A stretch of 28,369 nt of DNA from a virus (taxonomy: Duplodnaviria; Caudoviricetes), in the IMG/VR virus record IMGVR_UViG_3300038673_000365, positions 1-28,369 of that record; one strand, 5' to 3'. The translations under genes and the position numbers were made by a program. Under the pieces are notes generated by a model. It was not told the DNA's origin. It saw only the letters and a program-made list of their open reading frames with translations, and did no database searches. The stretch's first letter is position 1; each line of letters opens with the position of its first letter. Below are positions 14,358 through 22,870 of the stretch, piece by piece.

Positions 14358-15715
14358 TACTCCTCTGCGCCGTCATTGGCGCCGTTGTTTTCTTCTCCGA
14401 GGTCAGGGTCCACGACCTCCTTTTCAATCTCGTCGATCTCCGCGTTGATCTCGTCCAGCCGGTCCTGGGCCAGGCCGCCGAACTGGATAGAGACAATCCG
14501 CTTCATCTGCTCGGCAAGTGCCTTCCGGGGCATCCCGCCCGTCTGCATCTGCTGGAGGATGGACATCTCCTCCTGAATATCCGCCAGCATGTACGAGCCT
14601 TTGTAGCCCGCCTCGGGCTTGGCCGCCTGGCGGAACCACTTGGCCGTGAGAGTCCAGGCCCGGGCCTCAAGGTCCGCCAGGCGGCCCGCGAATTCGGACA
14701 GAGTCGCGTTCAAGGCCTGGTAGCGGTATTTCATGGAGATGCCCGACTCCTGGCCCTGGGGCATCACCACCTGCATGGAGATTTCCGCGATCTTCGCCTC
14801 GAGCTTGGCTATCCGCTCCAGATAGATCTTCGCGGGCCCCTCGGGGGGCGCGATGAACTCCGGCATCGTCCCGTTATGCACCAGCATATTGTGGGTGCCG
14901 ATGGTCTCCGCGATCTTCCCGACAGTCTCTTTGAACTGGTGGGACTGCTCGGGCGGGACATGGTACGTCAGGAGGGAAAACGTCTGGCTCCGGAGGATCT
15001 CATCGAGCTCCGAGTGGAGATTGTAGAGCCGCTTGGAGAGATCCGCGATGGTCGAGAAGGGGCCGAAGCACGGGAACGTGCCGTGCTCGGTGAAGATCAG
15101 GACCGGGCACTCGCCCAGGGAGAAGGACCCACTGGACAGGACCCCGCCGCCATTGACCCCGACCGCCTGCCAGGTCTTGCGCGTGAAGGTCCAGACGCAC
15201 TCGACCGTCTTCCCGTCATGCAGGGTTCGGCCCGTAAAGGACACGGACTCGAACTTCCCATCATCACCCAGGACATGCTCGGTCACCCGCTCCGGCGAGA
15301 TAGCCCGGAACCTGGGAAAGAGTCGCCGCGTCAGCTGGTCGGCCTGGTTGGCCGCGGCTTCTGTCGGGCCGTCCACCAGCAGGAGCATGGACCCAAAGGC
15401 CTTCGCCTGCTTGGCGAACTCATGGAAAAAGCCGTCAACCGGCGTCCCCATCCCGTCAACGTCCTTCGCCATGGCCTCGTATGCGGCTGTAGGAAACTTC
15501 CGATCCGGAGGGCTCAAGGCCAGGTGTCCCGCAAACCGGCTGGCCGCTGGCAGGAGGTCGTTGACGTACCACGCGACCTCAAGCCGCCGGTCGTACTTGT
15601 CCTGACTCTCCCGGGGATACCGGAGCAGGTAGGATTCCGTTGTATTCGTGGAGTCGAATCCTCCGGACCCGTCCAGGGCATGCCGAATGAATTGGAAGCG
15701 CGCTTGGTAGTTCAT
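14357..15715 (-). CDS. Portal protein (SPP1-like superfamily), ~452 aa, on the opposite strand to the other head genes
   Basis: YLLRYPRESQDKYDRRL..A.Y.N, DVDGMGT..D.F, LGECPV, ESGISMKY motifs; start chosen at ATG 15715. Confidence 0.85.
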   Translation of the reverse strand: MNYQARFQFIRHALDGSGGFDSTNTTESYLLRYPRESQDKYDRRLEVAWYVNDLLPAASRFAGHLALSPPDRKFPTAAYEAMAKDVDGMGTPVDGFFHEFAKQAKAFGSMLLLVDGPTEAAANQADQLTRRLFPRFRAISPERVTEHVLGDDGKFESVSFTGRTLHDGKTVECVWTFTRKTWQAVGVNGGGVLSSGSFSLGECPVLIFTEHGTFPCFGPFSTIADLSKRLYNLHSELDEILRSQTFSLLTYHVPPEQSHQFKETVGKIAETIGTHNMLVHNGTMPEFIAPPEGPAKIYLERIAKLEAKIAEISMQVVMPQGQESGISMKYRYQALNATLSEFAGRLADLEARAWTLTAKWFRQAAKPEAGYKGSYMLADIQEEMSILQQMQTGGMPRKALAEQMKRIVSIQFGGLAQDRLDEINAEIDEIEKEVVDPDLGEENNGANDGAEE

Positions 15716-15723
15716 ACCGTCGC

Positions 15724-15793
15724 AATATCCGCCCCCCTGCCACTCATCACCACGAAGCACTTCGGGGTGGGCCTTCCCGCTCCTCCAGATATT
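15724..15793. promoter_or_regulatory. Symmetric bidirectional late promoter: palindrome 15748-15769 with GATATT -10-like boxes at 15729-15724 (-) and 15788-15793 (+)
   Basis: CACCACGAAG-CA-CTTCGGGGTG (9/10 arm match); identical hexamers each 18 bp from the palindrome edge; lies between divergent portal and scaffold genes. Confidence 0.72.
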
Positions 15794-15829
15794 CGGGCCC
15801 CATCATCAACTTTTTAGTGGGGCGACATC

Positions 15830-16495
15830 ATGGACATCACGAAACTGAAAGGGAAGCAGCTCGACGACGCGACGTTTGAAGAGCTCTCCAAGTACGTCAC
15901 GGACCTGGCCGAGGCGCGGGACGCGGCCCGGAAAGAGTCCATCGACGGGCGCAAGGCAAAGGACGCGACCATCAAGGACCTGAAGGCGTGGCAGGAAAAG
16001 GCCGTCGAAAAACTCGGGCTGGAGTCCCCCGAGGGCATCGAGGACCTGAACATCCAGGGCCAGGCCGAGGCCGCGAAGCAGTTCGAGGCCAAGGTCCGCA
16101 AGCTCGAAAGGGATCTGGAGGCGGCAACAAAAGAGCGGGACGCCCTTTTCGCCAAGAACCGGGACGCCACGAAAGAGGCTATCCTTTCCAAGGCCCTTGG
16201 GGCGCATGAGTTTGTCGACCGTGATGTCGTCGAGGCCTTCATTTCCGCCCGCCTGGAGTGGGACGGGGATGAGCTCAACTACAAAGGCGAGGGGGGCAAG
16301 ATCCTGTCCGTGACGGACGGGGTGGCCGAGCTCGTCAAGACCAAGCCGAGCCTGTTGAAGGTTCCCGGAGATACCGGCGCAGGAGTCCCGAACAACGGGA
16401 CCGGCGGCCCCGGGGCCAAGCCCGAACTCGGAGGCAATCGCCAGGAGCGCGTTGCCGCCATCAAAAACCGTTTCCCCAACCTTCCCGAAAAATAG
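15830..16495 (+). CDS. Capsid scaffolding protein, 221 aa
   Basis: Charged coiled coil, Gly-rich C-terminal tail (GDTGAG...GTGGPG), directly upstream of the capsid gene. Confidence 0.85.
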   Translation: MDITKLKGKQLDDATFEELSKYVTDLAEARDAARKESIDGRKAKDATIKDLKAWQEKAVEKLGLESPEGIEDLNIQGQAEAAKQFEAKVRKLERDLEAATKERDALFAKNRDATKEAILSKALGAHEFVDRDVVEAFISARLEWDGDELNYKGEGGKILSVTDGVAELVKTKPSLLKVPGDTGAGVPNNGTGGPGAKPELGGNRQERVAAIKNRFPNLPEK

Positions 16496-16506
16496 GAGCC
16501 TGAACC

Positions 16507-17484
16507 ATGTCTCTTACGCAGATGCAGGTTTTCAACGAGTACATCATGCCCGCCACCATCGAGACGCTTGCCGTCATGGTGGACAAATTCAACGCCGCCA
16601 GCAACGGCGCGATCCGCCTGACCACCGAGGGCTTTGACGGCGATTTTCTTCAGGAATCTTTCTTCCAGGCCATCCACTCGGCCCAGCGTCGCGTGGACCG
16701 TTACGCGGCCAACGGTGCGGCGGCCGCAACCAACCTGGCCGAGCTCAAGAAGTCCGGTGTGAAGGTGGCCGGTGGCTTCGGCCCGATCCTGTTCGAGCCC
16801 GCCCAGTTGAGCTGGCTCCAGCGTCCGACCGCCCAAGGCATCGAGGTCGCCAGCCGGAACTTTGCCGAGGCCCTGCTGAAGGATCAGCTTTTCACGGCCA
16901 TCGCCGCCCTAGTCGCCGCCATCGAGAACCAGACCGACGCCAAAAACGACGTTTCCGGAACCCTGGGCCTCTCCTACGTCGCCCTGAACGGCGCCCACGC
17001 CAAGTTCGGTGACGCCTCCGGCCTCATCATTTGCAACGTGATGACCGGCGAGGTCTACCACAAGATGATCGGCATCAACCTGGCCAACGCCACGAACCTG
17101 TTCCAGGCCGGAAACGTCACCGTCGTGGACATCCTGGGCAAGCCCTCCGTGGTCGTTGACGCCCCGGCCCTCTACGCGACCGGCACTCCCAACACTCCCA
17201 ACAAGCAAAAGGTCCTGGGCCTGGTCTCCGGCGCGGCCACCGTCTTCGACGGCAAGGACATCATCACCAACGTGCAGACCTCCAACGGCAAGGAGCGCAT
17301 CGAAACCACGATGCAGGTCGACTACACCTTCGGGTTGGCCCTCAAGGGCTACACCTGGGACGAAACCAACGGCGGCAAGAGCCCGACCGATGCCGAGATC
17401 GCTACCGGGACCAACTGGGACAAGGTGGCGACCTCCATCAAGCATACGGCCGGCGTCATCGCCATCGGAGATGCCTCCAAGTAA
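16507..17484 (+). CDS. Major capsid protein, 325 aa
   Basis: KFNAASNGAIRL, LGLxxGA, LKGYTWD...GGKSPTDAEIATGTNWDKVATSIKHTAGV; AGGAG SD; strongly biased codons. Confidence 0.92.
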   Translation: MSLTQMQVFNEYIMPATIETLAVMVDKFNAASNGAIRLTTEGFDGDFLQESFFQAIHSAQRRVDRYAANGAAAATNLAELKKSGVKVAGGFGPILFEPAQLSWLQRPTAQGIEVASRNFAEALLKDQLFTAIAALVAAIENQTDAKNDVSGTLGLSYVALNGAHAKFGDASGLIICNVMTGEVYHKMIGINLANATNLFQAGNVTVVDILGKPSVVVDAPALYATGTPNTPNKQKVLGLVSGAATVFDGKDIITNVQTSNGKERIETTMQVDYTFGLALKGYTWDETNGGKSPTDAEIATGTNWDKVATSIKHTAGVIAIGDASK

Positions 17485-17537
17485 CCAACCCGGGCCGGGG
17501 ATGACCTCCTCGGCCCTTCCTGAATGAGGACCGGACC

Positions 17538-17717
17538 ATGGAAAAGACCGACGAAAAGATCATCTACGAGCCGCACCCCGTGACCCCCGAGCGCAAGGCC
17601 GAGCTTCGCGCCAAGGGCTTCAAGATCATCGACGCTCGTTTCGCCCCCAAGGGCTACAAATACCCCGAGGCCGAAAAGCCCAAGGGGCAGGGCAAGGACA
17701 CCAAGCCCAAGGAGTAA
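17538..17717 (+). CDS. Small capsid-associated protein, 59 aa (YEPHPVTPERKAELRAKGFKIIDARFAP)
   Basis: Read manually; GAGGA SD; motif recognised from small genes that follow this capsid type. Confidence 0.8.
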   Translation: MEKTDEKIIYEPHPVTPERKAELRAKGFKIIDARFAPKGYKYPEAEKPKGQGKDTKPKE

Positions 17718-17723
17718 GGCACT

Positions 17724-18677
17724 ATGGGACAGGCAAGAGGATATAAGGGCCGCCTGGTGGTCGATTTCGAGACCGCCTACGGCCAGAACCCCGGAGTGCC
17801 GGCCGCCAAAGTGCTGCCGATCAACTCCTACGATGTCGGCATCGACCGGCCCATGAAGCAGGCGCAGACCCTCACCGGCAACCGCAACCCGGTTCAGCCG
17901 TTTGCAGGGTTCACCAAGCTGGAAGGCTCCGCCGTGGTCCCCCTGGACCTCATCGCCTTCGGCTGGTGGCTCAAGGGCATGTTCGGGGATCCGACCACCA
18001 CGGGCACGGGACCCTACACCCACGTTTTCAAGGTCGGGGACACACAGCCGTCGATGGTGGCCGAAAAGAAGTACGATTTCATGTCCAGCCAGAAGTACGT
18101 CAGGCAGAACGGGATCAAGATCTCGACCCTGGGCCTGAAGTTCGGCGGGGACGATGAGCTCATCGCAAATCTTGGCATCATCGGCGCAACCGAGCAGGCC
18201 CCGAGCGGGACACCCTACCAGGCCAGCCCGACGACCGTGGCCTTCAACCGGGTCAGCAACTTCGAGGCGGCCATCACGGAAGGGGGCTCGGCCATCGCAA
18301 CGGTCACGGAGGCCGAGATCAACGTGGACTTTGGCCTGGATGCCGAGAACTTCGTCATCGGCGGCGGGGGGGTCCTGGGAGATCTCCCCGAGGGCATCGC
18401 TGGCGTGTCCGGGTCCATCACGGCCCTGTTCGACTCCGACGCCCTTCTGACCAAGGCCCTCAACTCCACGGAGTCCTCCCTGGCCATCACCCTGACCAAG
18501 GCCACGCACTCCCTGAAGTTCGAGGTTCCGGAGCTCCTTTACTCGCCCAAGTCGCCGGGCATCACCGGCCCCAAGGGCGTGAAAATCACGCTCCCCTTCC
18601 AGGGCTACTACAACGACGCGGCGGGAGCCTCGGCCTTTATCGCCACGCTCATCAACGCGCAGGCGTCTTACGCATAA
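17724..18677 (+). CDS. Major tail tube protein, 317 aa
   Basis: FETAYG, GPYTHVF, VSGSITALF, SPGITGPKGV..TLPF; located before chaperones and tape measure. Confidence 0.88.
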   Translation: MGQARGYKGRLVVDFETAYGQNPGVPAAKVLPINSYDVGIDRPMKQAQTLTGNRNPVQPFAGFTKLEGSAVVPLDLIAFGWWLKGMFGDPTTTGTGPYTHVFKVGDTQPSMVAEKKYDFMSSQKYVRQNGIKISTLGLKFGGDDELIANLGIIGATEQAPSGTPYQASPTTVAFNRVSNFEAAITEGGSAIATVTEAEINVDFGLDAENFVIGGGGVLGDLPEGIAGVSGSITALFDSDALLTKALNSTESSLAITLTKATHSLKFEVPELLYSPKSPGITGPKGVKITLPFQGYYNDAAGASAFIATLINAQASYA

Positions 18678-18686
18678 CCATCACCC

Positions 18687-18739
18687 TCGGGCGGTGGCGG
18701 GCAGGGGGGCGGAAGTCGCTCCCCGCCCCCTTCGCCCGA
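18687..18739 (+). other. GC-rich stem-loop after the tail tube gene (attenuator or mRNA-stabilising hairpin)
   Basis: TCGGGCG...CGCCCGA outer stem and GGGGGCGG...CCGCCCCC inner stem; no U-tract. Confidence 0.45.
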
Positions 18740-18758
18740 TCACCAAAGGAGCGACACC

Positions 18759-19007
18759 ATGGGCATGAACATCACTCTCCCGGAATCCGGCATCGAGATC
18801 GAGGTCAAGTCCTTCACGCGCAAGCAGATGAAGGAGCTTCGTGAGGACGCCAAGAAGATGACCCTCGACGACTATTGGGAGCATGTCATCAAGAAGTCCG
18901 GAGCAGATTTCACCATCGACGACGACACCCCCGGGGCCGACATCGCGTATCTGGCGAAGTCCATTCTGGCCTACACCTCCGGGGGGCCCGACTCGATAAA
19001 AAACTGA
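18759..19007 (+). CDS. Tail assembly chaperone (gpG-like), 82 aa
   Basis: AAGGAG SD; between tail tube and tape measure; ends in slippery A AAA AAC TGA. Confidence 0.85.
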   Translation: MGMNITLPESGIEIEVKSFTRKQMKELREDAKKMTLDDYWEHVIKKSGADFTIDDDTPGADIAYLAKSILAYTSGGPDSIKN

Positions 19008-19375
19008 TCGAGGTCTGGCAGTGGCACGACGAGGGGCCGAGCTACTGCAAGACCTGCGTGGATGTCGCCAGGCAGAAAAATGAGCCCCTCAACTGCCGCA
19101 AGTGCGAGGCCAGATGCCCGGATCTCAACCCCGAAAACGTCCCCGTCTGGATCTTGTGGCAAGCAGCGGCCACCCAGTGGAGGACAGGGCCGTGCGGGGC
19201 CATCGGCCTGGACTACCTGGCCGCCTTCAAGGTGGCGAAGATCATAGGGGTGGAGATGCACCCGGCCAACCTGATGCGACTCCAGGCCCTCGAAAGGGCC
19301 GAACTCGCAAGGGTCAGAAGAAACCGAGAGGAAGCAAAGCGTGAATCTGAACCGCAAGATCCAAGTCGACATTGA
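18998..19375 (+). CDS. gpT-like -1 frameshift extension of the tail chaperone (DUF1799-like)
   Basis: -1 frame continues KKLIEVWQW...CKTC...CRKC...PENVPVW...TQWR...GAIGLDY...LQALE; no separate SD-led start. Confidence 0.8.
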   Translation, partial: KKLIEVWQWHDEGPSYCKTCVDVARQKNEPLNCRKCEARCPDLNPENVPVWILWQAAATQWRTGPCGAIGLDYLAAFKVAKIIGVEMHPANLMRLQALERAELARVRRNREEAKRESEPQDPSRH

Positions 19376-21710
19376 CGCAACCGGGGCCAAGTCCGGGGCC
19401 AGGACCGCAACCGAGGCCCTGCGCGAGGTCGATGCCCAGGCCAGGAAGACCGGCGGCGGGCTGGATGTGCTGGGCCAGGGCGGAGGAAAGGCGGCGGAGT
19501 CAATGTCACTTGCCGGAACAGCCGCAAAGGCCTTTGGTGGCGTCCTGGCGGGCATTTCCGTTGCAGCCTTTGCGAGGTCGATCTTTGACGCCGGGGTGGC
19601 CATGGACTCCATGGAGCGGTCGTTCGTGGCCATCACGGGCAACAGCACCGCCGCGTCCGCTGAGATGTTCTTCCTTCGGGATGAGGCTGACCGCCTCGGC
19701 CAGAGCTTCTACGACCTGGCGCCGCAATTTAAGCAGATCGCGGCATCGGCCAGAGGAACCGCCCTTGAAGGCGAGCAGACGCGGAAAATCTTTTCCGCCA
19801 TCACCGAGGCGTCAACCGCCCTCGGGTTGTCTTCAGACGAAACGAGCGGGGCTTTGAACGCCCTTTCCCAGATGATTTCGAAGGGGACCGTGCAGGCCGA
19901 AGAACTCCGCGGACAACTTGGTGAACGCCTTCCGGGCGCGTTCCAGCTTGCGGCCCAGGCCATGGGCGTTTCGACGCAGGAACTCGGCAAGATGTTGGAG
20001 CAGGGGCAGGTTTTAGCAACGGACCTTCTCCCGAAGCTGGCCGACGAACTCCACAAGCTCTACGGGGAGGCCGCCGAAACTGCGGGCCTGGAGAGCGCAC
20101 AGGCGGCCATCAATCGCCTGTCCCAGGAGTGGACCGAGTTCAAAACGAACTTGTTCGACGGCAAGGCCTTTGTGGCCGCCATCGGATACATCCGGGACCT
20201 GATCGCGGCCGCCAACTCGTTTCTTTCCGGCCCGAGCATGGCCGAGAGGATCAAGAACGCGGAGGCCGTGCGGGACTCATACCGGGAGATGCGCGACAAC
20301 CAGGCCCCGGACTCGGGGGCATGGAGGCAGTTCGAGAAGGACTACCAGGCCGCCCACAAGCATGTTTTGGAGCTCCGCAGAGAGTTCACTTTGCTGAACG
20401 AGGACCAGTACCGCAACGCGCAGTTGTCTGTTGGCACCGCCGCGAAGGCCTCCGAGCAAAAAACCGAGATCGCCAAGACCGAAAGGGACCGCCTCCAGAA
20501 GATCCTCGACGACGAGCTCCTTTCCGACCGCCAAAAGCTGGACCGCCAGCTGGAGCAGATGCGGGCCGCCGGGTTCGCCGCGGTCGAGATCGAGCAGTTC
20601 AAGGCCAAGCGCATTGCCGAGATCAACGAGAAGGCCGCCCAGGCCGCTGAAACCGCCGCCAGGAAGGCCGAGGCCGCCAAGGAAAAGGCCCTCAAGGACG
20701 CCCAGGAGCGGAACGCCCTCAAGCCGTACCAGATCACGGCCCTGGAGCAGATGAACGCCGGGGATATGTTCTTCGGCAAGGCCGCCGCCGACAAGCGGGG
20801 CCTGGATCTCCTCAACGACGTTTACGAGCGGAACGACGAACTCCTGACCGAGTTTGCGGACAAGCACCGGGAGGTGGTCCAGGGAGAAACCGCCTTCAAG
20901 CTGGAGCAGATCGACCTGCAGGCCCAGGCCTACCGCCGCGCAGGGGCCGACGAGGTCGCCGTCGAGCAGTGGGCCAAGGCAGAGAAGTTGGCAGTTTCCC
21001 GGGACTGGCAGGATGGCGCGACACGGGCGCTACAGTCCTACGCCGACGAGGCAGGTAATGCCGCCAAGAACGTCGAAGACGTGATGACCATGGCCTTCAC
21101 GGGTCTGGAAGACGTGGTTGTCGAGTTCGTCAAAACCGGCAAGCTGGAGTTCGCGGACCTCGTGACGAGCATCAACGCTGAGATAGCGCGGCTGGCGTTT
21201 CGAGGGTTGGCATCCGGTGCATACGAGTGGATGGGTGGGTTGCTTTCCGCTGGCATATCTGCGTTCAGCGGCGGCACGGTCTCGTCTGCTGCTGGCAGTG
21301 CTGGCGTGGCAGGCACATTGTCGAGCATGTTTTCCCGCAACGCCAAGGGCGGCGTGTACGACTCCCCCGGCCTTTCGGCCTACTCCGGGGGTGTCTACAG
21401 TAGCCCGCAGTTTTTCGCCTTCGCCAAGGGCGCGGGCGTGTTCGGAGAGGCCGGACCGGAAGCGATCATGCCATTGAAGCGCGGCCCTGACGGAACGCTT
21501 GGCGTCCAGGCTGGTGGCGGCAACTCTGAGATGACGGCACTGCTCCGCGAGATCGCTGCAGGCATCAAGGCCCAGCGCGGCACCAAGGTCGTCAACGCCA
21601 TCGGCAAGGGGGCCATCGCCAATGAACTGAGCGGCTCCGAGGGCGAACAGGTCATTTTCAACCACATCCGGCGCAACCCGTCAGCGGTGCGGCGCATGCT
21701 GGGGCTGTGA
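19341..21710 (+). CDS. Tape measure protein, 789 aa
   Basis: ALSQMISKGTVQAEELRGQLGERLPGAF N-terminal domain; lambda-like C-terminal (FVKTGKLEFADL; FAKGAGVFGEAGPEAIMPL). Confidence 0.95.
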   Translation: MNLNRKIQVDIDATGAKSGARTATEALREVDAQARKTGGGLDVLGQGGGKAAESMSLAGTAAKAFGGVLAGISVAAFARSIFDAGVAMDSMERSFVAITGNSTAASAEMFFLRDEADRLGQSFYDLAPQFKQIAASARGTALEGEQTRKIFSAITEASTALGLSSDETSGALNALSQMISKGTVQAEELRGQLGERLPGAFQLAAQAMGVSTQELGKMLEQGQVLATDLLPKLADELHKLYGEAAETAGLESAQAAINRLSQEWTEFKTNLFDGKAFVAAIGYIRDLIAAANSFLSGPSMAERIKNAEAVRDSYREMRDNQAPDSGAWRQFEKDYQAAHKHVLELRREFTLLNEDQYRNAQLSVGTAAKASEQKTEIAKTERDRLQKILDDELLSDRQKLDRQLEQMRAAGFAAVEIEQFKAKRIAEINEKAAQAAETAARKAEAAKEKALKDAQERNALKPYQITALEQMNAGDMFFGKAAADKRGLDLLNDVYERNDELLTEFADKHREVVQGETAFKLEQIDLQAQAYRRAGADEVAVEQWAKAEKLAVSRDWQDGATRALQSYADEAGNAAKNVEDVMTMAFTGLEDVVVEFVKTGKLEFADLVTSINAEIARLAFRGLASGAYEWMGGLLSAGISAFSGGTVSSAAGSAGVAGTLSSMFSRNAKGGVYDSPGLSAYSGGVYSSPQFFAFAKGAGVFGEAGPEAIMPLKRGPDGTLGVQAGGGNSEMTALLREIAAGIKAQRGTKVVNAIGKGAIANELSGSEGEQVIFNHIRRNPSAVRRMLGL

Positions 21711-22870
21711 TGAGTTATTTCGTCTGGCCCTGGCGCCCCCTTGTCGGGATGACCGAGTCCCTGGAATGGCTGACGGACATCATCGAGGCCCATGACGGCA
21801 CCGAGCAGCGCATCAGGGTGCGCCAGGAGCCGCGCCAGAGCTTTGATGCGTCGATCATGCTCGATGACCATGGCGAGCTCTCCAAACTCCGCGTGGCCAT
21901 CGCCGCGTGGCAGCATCGTCTCTGGGGCTGGCCGTGCTGGCATGAGGCCGTGGAGCTCGGCGCAACTCTCGCGCCTGACTCAGCGTCCATCCCTGTCGAC
22001 ACCGCGGCGGCAGACTTCAGGGCCGGGGGGCTTGCCATCGTGCACACGTCGCCATCTCTCTATGAAGTCGCGGAGGTCGAAACCGTGAGCGCAGGCTCGC
22101 TGTCATTGGCTACGCCGACGACCATGGAGCACCCCGCAGGCGCGTCTGTGATGCCGCTGCGCATGGCTAGGATGGCCAGCAAGGCCCGGCGCGACGATCA
22201 CGCCACGGAGTTGTCGAAATACTCGGTCACGATGCAGGTCACGGACAACACCGAACTGACGACCGAGGCGGCCGCCATGCAGTATCTCGGCTATGACGTG
22301 CTGTCCGATCCGCTCCTGATGCCCGGAGAGGCCATGCCGCGTCAAATCGACCGGCCTCTCGACATTCTCGATCCTGGCCCGGGAGCATGGGCCACGTTCG
22401 CGCGGACGGGCTACCCAGGAGTGACCACGGAGCACAAGTGGCGTGTCAAGACGCGGGCGCAGGCATGGGCTTTCCGTCGATGGCTGCACCGTCGCGCCGG
22501 GCGACTCAACCCCGTGTGGATTCCGTCCCGCACGCATGATCTGGCCCTGGCCGTCCAGCCGACACCAGCAGCAACGACGCTCCAGATCAAAGACGTGAAC
22601 TACCGCAACGTGGGTTTGAACGTCCCCGGCATGACGCACATCGCGGCGTTCTCGGCAAATGGCTCGTTCGTCTGCAGGCAGATCACCGCCGCCACTGCAG
22701 GCAGCGCAGGGCGTGAAAATCTGACGATCAACGCGGCTCTGGGCTTCACGGACGTGGCCCGAATTTCCTTCCTTTGCCTGCACAGGTTCGCCGCCGACCG
22801 CATATCCATGACATGGGACCGTGTCGGCGTGGCGACATGTAGAGCGTCCATGACGGGGGTTGCGGCATGA
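21707..22870 (+). CDS. Distal tail/virion structural protein, 387 aa
   Basis: ESLEWLTDII...GTEQR..R..PR and RRAGRLNPVWIPS motifs; first gene after the tape measure. Confidence 0.8.
   Translation: MMSYFVWPWRPLVGMTESLEWLTDIIEAHDGTEQRIRVRQEPRQSFDASIMLDDHGELSKLRVAIAAWQHRLWGWPCWHEAVELGATLAPDSASIPVDTAAADFRAGGLAIVHTSPSLYEVAEVETVSAGSLSLATPTTMEHPAGASVMPLRMARMASKARRDDHATELSKYSVTMQVTDNTELTTEAAAMQYLGYDVLSDPLLMPGEAMPRQIDRPLDILDPGPGAWATFARTGYPGVTTEHKWRVKTRAQAWAFRRWLHRRAGRLNPVWIPSRTHDLALAVQPTPAATTLQIKDVNYRNVGLNVPGMTHIAAFSANGSFVCRQITAATAGSAGRENLTINAALGFTDVARISFLCLHRFAADRISMTWDRVGVATCRASMTGVAA

Noticed and set aside
13177-15829. Invertase-switched segment explaining the reverse-strand portal block
   Set aside because: No inverted repeats found by eye at the two boundaries, no recombinase nearby, and flipping would not restore canonical gene order
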